64,000 bases of DNA from Eledone cirrhosa (Eukaryota), in the NCBI GenBank assembly GCA_964016885.1, contig OZ024763.1, forward strand, positions 23,498,001 through 23,562,000, read 5' to 3'. Positions 48,801 through 64,000 of this stretch are shown in pieces (positions within the stretch are counted from its first letter, which is position 1; the number at the start of each line of letters is the position of its first letter). Position numbers and translations under genes: made by a program. Below the pieces are notes generated by a model. The model searched no databases, had not been told where the DNA came from, and saw nothing but the letters and a program-made list of their open reading frames with translations.

Positions 48801-51800
48801 ATTTACAACAGCTATCATTACTGGGGCTTTACCTTACATATTATATATTATATATACAACAGCTACCATTACTGGGGCTTTACCTTACACATTAGAGATT
48901 ATATATACAACAGCTATCATTACTAGGGCTTTACCTTACATATATATTATATATTCAACAGCTATCATTACTAGGGCTTTACCTTACATATTATATATTA
49001 TATATACAACAGCTATCATTACTGGGGCTTTACCTTACATATTATATATTATACATACAACAGCTATCATTACTAGGGATTTACCTTACATATTATATAT
49101 TATATATACGACAGCTATCATTACTGGGGCTTTACCTTACATATTATATATTATATATACAACAGCTATCATTTCTGGGGCTTTACCTTACATATTATAT
49201 ATTATACATACAACAGCTATCATTTCTGGGGCTTTACCTTACATATAATATATTATACATACAACAGCTATCATTACTAGGGCTTTACCTTACATATTAT
49301 ATATTATATATACAACAGCTATCATTTCTGGGGCTTTACGTTACATATTATATATTATACATACAACAGCTATCATCACTAGGGCTTTACCTTACATATT
49401 ATATATTATATATACAACAGCTATCATTACTAGGGGTTTACCATACATATTATATGTTATATATACAACAGCTATCATTACTAGGGCTTTACCTTACATA
49501 TTATATATTATATATACAACAGCTATCATTACCGGGGCTTTACCTTACATATTATATATTATATATACAACAGCTATCATTACTAGGGCTTTACCTTACA
49601 TATTATATATTATATATACAACAGCTATCATTACCGGGGCTTTACCTTACATATTATATATTATATATACAACAGCTATCATTACTGTGGCTTTACCTTA
49701 TATATTATATATTATATATACAACAGCTATCATTACTAGGGCTTTACCATACATATTATATATTATGTATACAACAGCTATCATTACTAGGGCTTTACCT
49801 TACATATTATATATTATATATACAACAGCTATCATTACCGGGGCTTTACCTTACAAATTATATATTATATATACAACAGCTATCATTACTGTGGCTTTAC
49901 CTTATATATTATATATTATATATACAACAGCTATCATTACTAGGGCTTTACCATACATATTATATATTATGTATACAACAGCTATCATTACTAGGGCTTT
50001 ACCTTACATATTATATATTATTTATACAACAGCTATCATTACTAGGGCTTTACCATATATATTATATATTATATACACAACAGCTATCATTACTGTGGCT
50101 TTACCTTACATATTATATATTATATATACAACAGCTATCATTACTAGGGCTTTACCTTACATATTATATATTATATATTATATATACAACAGCTATCATT
50201 ACTAGGGCTTTACCTTACATATTATATATTATATATACAACAGCTATCATTACTAGGGCTTTACCATACATATTATATATTATATATACAACAGCTATCA
50301 TTACTAGGGCTTTACCTTACATATTATATATTATATATACAACAGCTATCATTACTAGGGCTTTACCTTACATATTATATATTATATATACAACAGCTAT
50401 CATTACCGGGGCTTTACCTTACATATATATTATATATTATATATACAACAGCTATCATTACTAGGGCTTTACCTTACATATTATATATTATATATACAAC
50501 AGCTATCATTACTGGGGCTTTACCTTACATATTATATATTATATATACAACAGCTATCATTTCTGGGGCTTTACCTTACATATTATATATTATACATACA
50601 AAAGCTAACATTACCAGGGCTTTACCTTACATATTATATATTATATATACAACAGCTATCATTACTAGGGCTTTACCTTACATATTATATATTATATATA
50701 CAACAGCTATCATTACCGGGGCTTTACCTTACATATTATATATTATATATACAACAGCTATCATTACTAGGGCTTTACCTTACATATTATATATTATATA
50801 TACAACAGCTATCATTACTAGGGCTTTACCATACATATTATCTATTATATATACAACAGCTATCATTACTAGGGCTTTACCTTACATATTATATATTATA
50901 TATTATATATACAACAGCTATCATTACTAGGGCTTTACCTTACATATTATATATTATATATTATATATACAACAGCTATCATTACTAGGGCTTTACCATA
51001 CATATTATATATTATATATACAACAGCTATCATTACTAGGGCTTTACCTTACATATTATATATTATATATACAACAGCTATCATTACTAGGGCTTTAGCT
51101 TACATATTATATATTATATATACAACAGCTATCATTACTGGGGCTTTACCTTACATATTATATATTATATATACAACAGCTATCATTACTGGGGCTTTAC
51201 CTTACACATTAGATATTATATATACAACAGCTATCATTACTAGGGCTTTACCTTACATATATATTATATATACAACAGCTATCATTACTAGGGCTTTACC
51301 TTACATATTATATATTATATATACAACAGCTATCATTACTGGGGCTTTACCTTACATATTATATATTATACATACAACAGCTATCATTACTGGGGCTTTA
51401 CCTTACATATTATATATTATATATACAACAGCTATCAATACTAGGGCTTTACCATACATATTATATATTATATATACAACAGCTATCATTACTAGGGCTT
51501 TACCATATATATTATATATTATATTTACAACAGCTATCATTACTGGGGCTTTACCTTACATATTATATATTATACATACAACAGCTATCATTACTGGGGC
51601 TTTACCTTACATATTATATATTATACATACAACAGCTATCATTACTGGGGCTTTACCTTACATATTATATATTATACATACAACAGCTATCATTACTGGG
51701 GCTTTACCTTACATATTATATATTATATATACAACAGGTATCATTACTAGGGCTTTACCATACATATTATATATTATATATACAACAGCTATCATTACTA

Positions 51801-54800
51801 GGGCTTTACCTTACATATAATATATTATATATTATATATACAACAGCTATCATTACTAGGGCTTTACCTTACATATTATATATTATATATACAACAGCTA
51901 TCATTACTAGGGCTTTACCTTACATATTATATATTATATATATAACAGCTATCATTACTAGGGCTTTACCTTACATATTATATATTATATATACAACAGC
52001 TATCATTACTGGGGCTTTACCTTACATATTATATATTATATATACAACAGCTATCATTACTGGGGCTTTACCTTACATATTATATATTATACATACAACA
52101 GCTATCATTACTAGGGCTTTACCTTACATATTATATATTATATATTATATATTATATATACAACAGCTATCATTACTAGGGCTTTACCTTACATATTATA
52201 TATTATATATACAACAGCTATCATTACTAGGGCTTTACCATACATATTATATATTATATATACAACAGCTATCATTACTAGGGCTTTACCTTACATATTA
52301 TATATTATATATACAACAGCTATCATTACTAGGGCTTTACCTTACATATTATATATTATATATACAACAGCTATCATTACTGGGGCTTTACCTTACATAT
52401 TATATATTATATATACAACAGCTATCATTTCTGGGGCTTTACCTTACATATTATATATTATACATACAAAAGCTATCATTACTAGGGCTTTACCTTACAT
52501 ATTATATATTATATATACAACAGCTATCATTACTAGGGCTTTACCTTACATATTATATATTATATATACAACAGCTATCATTACTGGGGCTTTACCTTAC
52601 ATATTATATATTATACATACAACAGCTATCATTACTAGGGCTTTACCTTACATATTATATATTATATATTATATATACAACAGCTATCATTACTAGGGCT
52701 TTATCTTACATATTATATATTATATATACAACAGCTATCATTACTAGGGCTTTACCTTACATATTATATATTATATATACAACAGCTATCATTACTAGGG
52801 CTTTACCTTACATATTATATATTATATATACAACAGCTATCATTACTAGGGCTTTACCATACATATTATATATTATATATACAACAGCTATCATTACTAG
52901 GGCTTTACCTTACATATTATATATTATATATTATATATACAACAGCTATCATTACTAGGGCTTTACCTTACATATTATATATTATATATTATATATACAA
53001 CAGCTATCATTACTAGGGCTTTACCATACATATTATATATTATATATACAACAGCTATCATTACTAGGGCTTTACCTTACATATTATATATTATATATAC
53101 AACAGCTATCATTACTAGGGCTTTAGCTTACATATTATATATTATATATACAACAGCTATCATTACTGGGGCTTTACCTTACATATTATATATTATATAT
53201 ACAACAGCTATCATTACTGGGGCTTTACCTTACACATTAGATATTATATATACAACAGCTATCATTACTAGGGCTTTACCTTACATATATATTATATATA
53301 CAACAGCTATCATTACTAGGGCTTTACCTTACATATTATATATTATATATACAACAGCTATCATTACTGGGGCTTTACCTTACATATTATATATTATACA
53401 TACAACAGCTATCATTACTGGGGCTTTACCTTACATATTATATATTATATATACAACAGCTATCAATACTAGGGCTTTACCATACATATTATATATTATA
53501 TATACAACAGCTATCATTACTAGGGCTTTACCATATATATTATATATTATATATACAACAGCTATCATTACTGGGGCTTTACCTTACATATTATATATTA
53601 TACATACAACAGCTATCATTACTGGGGCTTTACCTTACATATTATATATTATACATACAACATCTATCATTACTGGGGCTTTACCTTACATATTATATAT
53701 TATACATACAACAGCTATCATTACTGGGGCTTTACCTTACATATTATATATTATATATACAACAGCTATCATTACTGGGGCTTTACCTTACATATTATAT
53801 ATTATACATACAACAGCTATCATTACTAGGGCTTTACCTTACATATTATATATTATATATTATATATTATATATACAACAGCTATCATTACTAGGGCTTT
53901 ACCTTACATATTATATATTATATATACAACAGCTATCATTACTAGGGCTTTACCATACATATTATATATTATATATACAACAGCTATCATTACTAGGGCT
54001 TTACCTTACATATTATATATTATATATACAACAGCTATCATTACTAGGGCTTTACCTTACATATTATATATTATATATACAACAGCTATCATTACTGGGG
54101 CTTTACCTTACATATTATATATTATATATACAACAGCTATCATTTCTGGGGCTTTACCTTACATATTATATATTATACATACAAAAGCTATCATTACTAG
54201 GGCTTTACCTTACATATTATATATTATATATACAACAGCTATCATTACTAGGGTTTTACCTTACATATTATATATTATATATACAACAGCTATCATTACT
54301 GGGGCTTTACCTTACATATTATATATTATACATACAGCAGCTATCATTACTAGGGCTTTACCTTACATATTATATATTATATATTATATATACAACAGCT
54401 ATCATTACTAGGGCTTTACCTTACATATTATATATTATATATACAACAGCTATCATTACTAGGGCTTTACCTTACATATTATATATTATATATTATATAT
54501 ACAACAGCTATCATTACTAGGGCTTTACCTTACATATTATATATTATATATTATATATACAACAGCTATCATTACTAGGGCTTTACCATACATATTATAT
54601 ATTATATATACAACAGCTATCATTACTAGGGCTTTACCTTACATATTATATATTATATATACAACAGCTATCATTACTAGGGCTTTAGCTTACATATAAT
54701 ATATTATATATACAACAGCTATCATTACTGGAGCTTTACCTTACATATTATATATTATATATACAACAGCTATCATTACTGGGGCTTTACCTTACACATT

Positions 54801-57800
54801 AGATATTATATATACAACAGCTATCATTACTAGGGCTTTACCTTACATATATATTATATATACAACAGCTATCATTACTAGGGCTTTACCTTACATATTA
54901 TATATTATATATACAACAGCTATCATTACTGGGGCTTTACCTTACATATTATATATTATACATACAACAGCTATCATTACTGGGGCTTTACCTTACATAT
55001 TATATATTATATATACAACAGCTATCAATACTAGGGCTTTACCATACATATTATATATTATATATACAACAGCTATCGTTACTAGGGCTTTACCATATAT
55101 ATTATATATTATATATACAACAGCTATCATTACTGGGGCTTTACCTTACATATTATATATTATACATACAACAGCTATCATTACTGGGGCTTTACCTTAC
55201 ATATTATATATTATACATACAACAGCTATCATTACTGGGGCTTTACCTTACATATTATATATTATACATACAACAGCTATCATTACTGGGGCTTTACCTT
55301 ACATATTATATATTATATATACAACAGCTATCATTACTAGGGCTTTACCATACATATTATATATTATATATACAACAGCTATCATTACTAGGGCTTTACC
55401 TTACATATAATATATTATATATTATATATACAACAGCTATCATTACTAGGGCTTTACCTTACATATTATATATTATTTATACAACAGCTATCATTACTAG
55501 GGCTTTACCTTACATATTATATATTATATATATAACAGCTATCATTACTAGGGCTTTACCTTACATATTATATATTATATATACAACAGCTATCATTACT
55601 GGGGCTTTACCTTACATATTATATATTATATATACAACAGCTATCATTACTGGGGCTTTACCTTACATATTATATATTATACATACAACAGCTATCATTA
55701 CTAGGGCTTTACCTTACATATTATATATTATATATTATATATTATATATACAACAGCTATCATTACTAGGGCTTTACCTTACATATTATATATTATATAT
55801 ACAACAGCTATCATTACTAGGGCTTTACCTTACATATTATATATTATATATACAACAGCTATCATTACTGGGGCTTTACCTTACATATTATATATTATAT
55901 ATACAACAGCTATCATTTCTGGGGCTTTACCTTTCATATTATATATTATACATACAAAAGCTATCATTACTAGGGCTTTACCTTACATATTATATATTAT
56001 ATATACAACAGCTATCATTACTAGGGCTTTACCTTACATATTATATATTATATATACAACAGCTATCATTACTGGGGCTTTACCTTACATATTATATATT
56101 ATACATACAACAGCTATCATTACTAGGGCTTTACCTTACATATTATATATTATATATTATATATACAACAACTATCATTACTAGGGCTTTATCTTACATA
56201 TTATATATTATATATACAACAGCTATCATTACTAGGGCTTTACCTTACATATTATATATTATATATACAACAGCTATCATTACTAGGGCTTTACCTTACA
56301 TATTATATATTATATATACAACAGCTATCATTACTAGCGCTTTACCATACATATTATATATTATATATACAACAGCTATCATTACTAGGGCTTTACCTTA
56401 CATATTATATATTATATATACAACATCTATCATTACTAGGGCTTTACCATACATATTATATATTATATATACAACAGCTATCATTACTAGGGCTTTACCT
56501 TACACATAATATATTATATATTATATATACAATAGCTATCATTACTAGGGCTTTACCTTACATATTATATATTATATATATAACAGCTATCATTACTAGG
56601 GCTTTACCTTACATATTATATATTATATATACCACAGCTATCATTACTGGGGCTTTACCTTACATATTATATATTATACATACAACAGCTATCATTACTG
56701 GGGCTTTACCTTACATATTATATATTATATATACAACAGCTATCATTACTAGGGCTTTACCATACATATTATATATTATATATACAACAGCTATCATTAC
56801 TAGGGCTTTACCTTACATATTATATATTATATATACAACAGCTATCATTACTAGCGCTTTACCATACATATTATATATTATATATACAACAGCTATCATT
56901 ACTAGGGCTTTACCTTACATATTATATATTATATATACAACATCTATCATTACTAGGGCTTTACCATACATATTATATATTATATATACAACAGCTATCA
57001 TTACTAGGGCTTTACCTTACATATAATATATTATATATTATATATACAATAGCTATCATTACTAGGGCTTTACCTTACATATTATATATTATATATATAA
57101 CAGCTATCATTACTAGGGCTTTACCTTACATATTATATATTATATATACCACAGCTATCATTACTGGGGCTTTACCTTACATATTATATATTATATATAC
57201 AACAGCTATCATTACTGGGGCTTTACATTACATATTATATATTATATATACAACAGCTATCATTACTGGGGCTTTAACTTACATATTATATATTATACAT
57301 ACAACAGCTATCATTACTAGGGCTTTACCTTACATATTATATATTATATATACAACAGCTATCATTACTAGGGCTTTACCTTACATATTATATATTATAT
57401 ATACAACAGCTATCATTACTGGGGCATTACCTTACATATTATATATTATATATACAACAGCTATCATTACTGGGGCTTTAACTTACATATTATATATTAT
57501 ACATACAACAGCTATCATTACTAGGGCTTTACCTTACATATTATATATTATATATACAACAGCTATCATTACTAGGGCTTTACCTTACATATTATATATT
57601 ATATATACAACAGCTATCATTACTGGGGCTTTACCTTACATATTATATATTATATATACAACAGCTCTCATTACTGGGGCTTTAACTTACATATTATATA
57701 TTATACATAAAACAGCTATCATTACTAGGGCTTTATCTTACATATTATATATTATATATACAACAGCTATCATTACTAGGGCTTTACCTTACATATTATA

Positions 57801-60800
57801 TATTATATATACAACAGCTATCATTACTAGGGCTTTACCTTACATATTATATATTATATATACAACAGCTATCATTACTAGGGCTTTACCTTACATATTA
57901 TATATTATATATACAACAGCTATCATTACTAGGGCTTTACCTTACATATTATATATTATATATACAACAGCTATCATTACTAGGGCTTTACCTTACATAT
58001 TATATATTATATATACAACAGCTATCATTACTGGGGCTTTACTTACATATTATATATTATATATAACAGCTATCAATACTAGGGCTTTACCTTACTTATT
58101 ATATATTATATATACAACAGCTATCATTACTAGGGCTTTACCTTACATATTATATATTATATATACAACAGCTATCATTACTAGGGCTTTACCTTACATA
58201 TTATATATTATATATACAACAGCTATCATTATTAGGGCTTTACCTTACATATTATATATTATATATACAACAGCTATCATTACTGGGGCTTTACCTTACA
58301 TATAATATATTATATATTATTTATACAACAGCTATCAATACTAGGGCTTTACCATACATATTAGATATTATATATACAACAGCTATCATTACTAGGGCTT
58401 TACCATATATATTATATATTATATATACAACAGCTATTATTACTAGGGCTTTACCTTACATATTATATATTATATATACAACAGCTATCATTACTAGGGC
58501 TTTACCTTACATATTATATATTATATATACAACAGCTCTCATTACTGGGGCTTTACCTTACATATTATATATTATATATACAACAGCTATCATTACTAGG
58601 GCTTTACCTTACATATTATATATTATATATACAACAGCTATCATTACTAGGGCTTTACCTTACATATTATATATTATATATACAACAGCTATCATTACTT
58701 GGGCTTTACCTTACATATTATATATTATATATACAACAGCTATCATTACTAGGGCTTTACCTTACATATTATATATTATATATACAACAGCTATCATTAC
58801 TAGGGCTTTACCATATATATTATATATTATATATACAACAGCTATTATTACTAGGGCTTTACCTTACATATTATATATTATATATACAACAGCTATCATT
58901 ACTGGGGCTTTACCTTACATATTATATATTATATATACAACAGCTATCATTACTAGGGCTTTACCTTACATATTATATATTATATATACAACAGCTATCA
59001 TTACTCGGGCTTTACCTTACATATATATTATATATACAACAGCTATCATTACTAGGGCTTTACCATACATATTATATATTATACATACAACAGCTATCAT
59101 TACTAGGGCTTTACCTTACATATTATATATTATATATACAACAGCTATCATTACTGGGGCTTTACCTTACATATTATATATTATACATACAACAGCTATC
59201 ATTACTAGGGCTTTACCTTACATATTATATATTATATATTATATATACAACAGCTATCATTACTAGGGCTTTATCTTACATATTATATATTATATATACA
59301 ACAGCTATCATTTCTGGGGCTTTACCATACATATTATATATTATATATACAACAGCTATCATTACTAGGGCTTTATCTTACATATTATATATTATACATA
59401 CAACAGCTATCATTACTAGGGCTTTACCTTACATATTATATATTATATATACAACAGCTATCATTACTAGGGCTTTACCTTACATATTATATATTATATA
59501 TACAACAGCTATCATTACTAGGGCTTTACCTTACATATTATATATTATATATACAACAGCTATCATTACTAGGGCTTTACCTTACATATTATATATTATA
59601 TATATAACAGCTATCATTACTAGGGCTTTACCTTACATATTATATATTATATATACAACAGCTATCATTACTAGGGCTTTACCTTACATATTATATATTA
59701 TATATACAACAGCTATCATTACTAGGGCTTTACCTTACATATTATATATTATATATATAACAGCTATCATTACTAGGGCTTTACCTTACATATTATATAT
59801 TATTTATACAACAGCTATCATTACTGGGGCTTTACCTTACATATTATATATTATATATACAACAGCTATCATTACTAGGGCTTTACCTTACATATTATAT
59901 ATTAAATATACAACAGCTATCATTACTGGGGCTTTACCTTACATATTATATATTATATATTATTTATACAACAGCTATCAATACTAGGGCTTTACCATAC
60001 ATATTAGATATTATATATACAACAGCTATCATTACTAGGGCTTTACCTTACATATTATATATTATATATACAACAGCTATCATTACTGGGGCTTTACCTT
60101 ACATATTATATATTATACATACAAAAGCTATCATTACTAGGGCTTTACCTTACATATTATATATTATATATACAACAGCTATCATTACTAGGGCTTTACC
60201 TTACATATTATATATTATATATACAACAGCTATCATTACTAGGGCTTTACCTTACATATTATATATTATATATACAACAGCTATCATTACTAGGGTTTTA
60301 CCTTACATATTATATATTATATATACAACAGCTATCATTATTAGGGCTTTACCTTACATATTATATATTATATATACAACAGCTATCATTACTAGGGTTT
60401 TACCTTACATATTATATATTATATATACAACAGCTATCATTACTAGGGCTTTACATTACATATTATATATTATATATACAACAGCTATCAATACTAGGGC
60501 TTTACCATACATATTATATATTATTTATACAACAGCTATCAATACTAGGGCTTTACCTTACATATTATATATTATATATACAACAGCTATCATTACTGTG
60601 GCTTTACCTTACATATTATATATTATATATACAACAGCTATCAATACTAGGGCTTTACCATACATATTATATATTATATATACAACAGCTATCATTACTA
60701 GGGCTTTACCATATATATTATATATTATATATACAACAGCTATCATTACTGGGGCTTTACCTTACATATTATATATTATACATACAACAGCTATCATTAC

Positions 60801-63800
60801 TGGGGCTTTACCTTACATATTATATATTATACATACAACAGCTATCATTACTGGGGCTTTACCTTACATATTATATATTATACATACAACAGCTATCATT
60901 ACTGGGGCTTTACCTTACATATTATATATTATATATACAACAGCTATCATTACTAGGGCTTTACCATACATATTATATATTATATATACAACAGCTATCA
61001 TTACTAGGGCTTTACCTTACATATAATATATTATATATTATATATACAACAGCTATCATTACTAGGGCTTTACCTTACATATTATATATTATATATACAA
61101 CAGCTATCATTACTAGGGCTTTACCTTACATATTATATATTATATATATAACAGCTATCATTACTAGGGCTTTACCTTACATATTATATATTATATATAC
61201 AACAGCTATCATTACTGGGGCTTTACCTTACATATTATATATTATATATACAACAGCTATCATTACTGGGGCTTTACCTTACATATTATATATTATACAT
61301 ACAACAGCTATCATTACTAGGGCTTTACCTTACATATTATATATTATATATTATATATTATATATACAACAGCTATCATTACTAGGGCTTTACCTTACAT
61401 ATTATATATTATATATACAACAGCTATCATTACTAGGGCTTTACCATACATATTATATATTATATATACAACAGCTATCATTACTAGGGCTTTACCTTAC
61501 ATATTATATATTATATATACAACAGCTATCATTACTAGGGCTTTACCTTACATATTATATATTATATATACAACAGCTATCATTACTAGGGCTTTACCTT
61601 ACATATTATATATTATATATATAACAGCTATCATTACTAGGGCTTTACCTTACATATTATATATTATATATACAACAGCTATCATTACTAGGGCTTTACC
61701 TTACATATTATATATTATATATACAACAGCTATCATTAGGAGGGCTTTACCTTACATATTATATATTATATATATAACAGCTATCATTACTAGGGCTTTA
61801 CCTTACATATTATATATTATTTATACAACAGCTATCATTACTGGGGCTTTACCTTACATATTATATATTATATATACAACAGCTATCATTACTAGGGCTT
61901 TACCTTACATATTATATATTAAATATACAACAGCTATCATTACTGGGGCTTTACCTTACATATTATATATTATATATACAACAGCTATCATTACTGTGGC
62001 TTTACCTTACATATTATATATTATATATACAACAGCTATCATTACTAGGGCTTTACCTTACATATAATATATTATATATACAACAGCTATCATTACTGGG
62101 GCTTTACCTTACATATTATATATTATATATTATTTATACAACAGCTATCAATACTAGGGCTTTACCATACATATTAGATATTATATATACAACAGCTATC
62201 ATTACTAGGGCTTTACCTTACATATTATATATTATATATACAACAGCTATCATTACTGGGGCTTTACCTTACATATTATATATTATACATACAAAAGCTA
62301 TCATTACTAGGGCTTTACCTTACATATTATATATTATATATACAACAGCTATCATTACTAGGGCTTTACCTTACATATTATATATTATATATACAACAGC
62401 TATCATTACTAGGGCTTTACCTTACATATTATATATTATATATACAACAGCTATCATTACTAGGGTTTTACCTTACATATTATATATTATATATACAACA
62501 GCTATCATTACAAGGGCTTTACCTTACATATTATATATTATATATACAACAGCTATCATTACTAGGGTTTTACCTTACATATTATATATTATATATACAA
62601 CAGCTATCATTACTAGGGCTTTACATTACATATTATATATTATATATACAACAGCTATCAATACTAGGGCTTTACCATACATATTATATATTATTTATAC
62701 AACAGCTATCAATACTAGGGCTTTACCTTACATATTATATATTATATATACAACAGCTATCATTACTGTGGCTTTACCTTACATATTATATATTATATAT
62801 ACAACAGCTATCAATACTAGGGCTTTACCATACATATTATATATTATATATACAACAGCTATCATTACTAGGGCTTTACCATATATATTATATATTATAT
62901 ATACAACAGCTATCATTACTGGGGCTTTACCTTACATATTATATATTATACATACAACAGCTATCATTACTGGGGCTTTACCTTACATATTATATATTAT
63001 ACATACAACAGCTATCATTACTGGGGCTTTACCTTACATATTATATATTATACATACAACAGCTATCATTACTGGGGCTTTACCTTACATATTATATATT
63101 ATATATACAACAGCTATCATTACTAGGGCTTTACCATACATATTATATATTATATATACAACAGCTATCATTACTAGGGCTTTACCTTACATATAATATA
63201 TTATATATTATATATACAACAGCTATCATTACTAGGGCTTTACCTTACATATTATATATTATATATACAACAGCTATCATTACTAGGGCTTTACCTTACA
63301 TATTATATATTATATATATAACAGCTATCATTACTAGGGCTTTACCTTACATATTATATATTATATATACAACAGCTATCATTACTGGGGCTTTACCTTA
63401 CATATTATATATTATATATACAACAGCTATCATTACTGGGGCTTTACCTTACATATTATATATTATACATACAACAGCTATCATTACTAGGGCTTTACCT
63501 TACATATTATATATTATATATTATATATTATATATACAACAGCTATCATTACTAGGGCTTTACCTTACATATTATATATTATATATACAACAGCTATCAT
63601 TACTAGGGCTTTACCATACATATTATATATTATATATACAACAGCTATCATTACTAGGGCTTTACCTTACATATTATATATTATATATACAACAGCTATC
63701 ATTACTAGGGCTTTACCTTACATATTATATATTATATATACAACAGCTATCATTACTGGGGCTTTACCTTACATATTATATATTATATATACAACAGCTA

Positions 63801-64000
63801 TCATTTCTGGGGCTTTACCTTACATATTATATATTATACATACAAAAGCTATCATTACTAGGGCTTTACCTTACATATTATATATTATATATACAACAGC
63901 TATCATTACTAGGGCTTTACCTTACATATTATATATTATATATACAACAGCTATCATTACTGGGGCTTTACCTTACATATTATATATTATACATACAACA
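30833..64000. repeat. 51-bp AT-rich tandem satellite, >600 units; consensus ACAACAGCTATCATTACTAGGGCTTTACCTTACATATTATATATTATATAT
   Basis: 51-bp period (17-aa periodicity in the ORF track). 58- and 65-bp variants arise from extra 7-bp TATTATA subunits. The array runs off the window end. Confidence 0.98.

Noticed and set aside
31303-63196. Long ORFs (up to 669 aa) of TTAIITRALPYILYIIY / QQLSLLGLYLTYYILYI repeats
   Set aside because: They are a by-product of a 51-bp (3n) unit that is stop-free in two frames. Frames switch at 7-bp indels and there is no unique coding sequence.
30833-64000. Telomeric repeat (TAGGG within the unit)
   Set aside because: Only a single CTAGGG per 51-bp unit, with no (TTAGGG)n tract.

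Overview
Eukaryotic, very AT-rich, non-coding repetitive DNA, probably from a coleoid cephalopod (inferred from the SINE sequence and the microsatellite load; not proven). The layout is: a 53-bp satellite (1-13774, ~260 units), a 200-N scaffold gap, a ~17-kb island of (TA)n/(CA)n/(GA)n microsatellites packed with small mobile-element remnants (13975-30832), and a 51-bp satellite (30833-64000, >600 units) with kb-scale higher-order duplications. No protein-coding gene is supported: every ORF in the track is a translation of repeats or the gap. The main hidden signal is in the island. It holds at least seven well-formed minimal type I hammerhead ribozyme (HHR) motifs from about five families, plus several degenerate or half motifs, and all the well-formed ones have palindromic stem-III loops. 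Two related HHR families form head-to-tail monomers of ~466 and ~545 bp, one nested inside the other's (TA)n tract, resembling retrozymes or Penelope-like pseudo-LTRs. Also present: self-matched fold-back insertions with a 3' tail, an inverted pair of tRNA-derived SINEs, a non-autonomous Helitron carrying a 37-bp minisatellite, a 220-bp-arm fold-back and a degenerate MITE.
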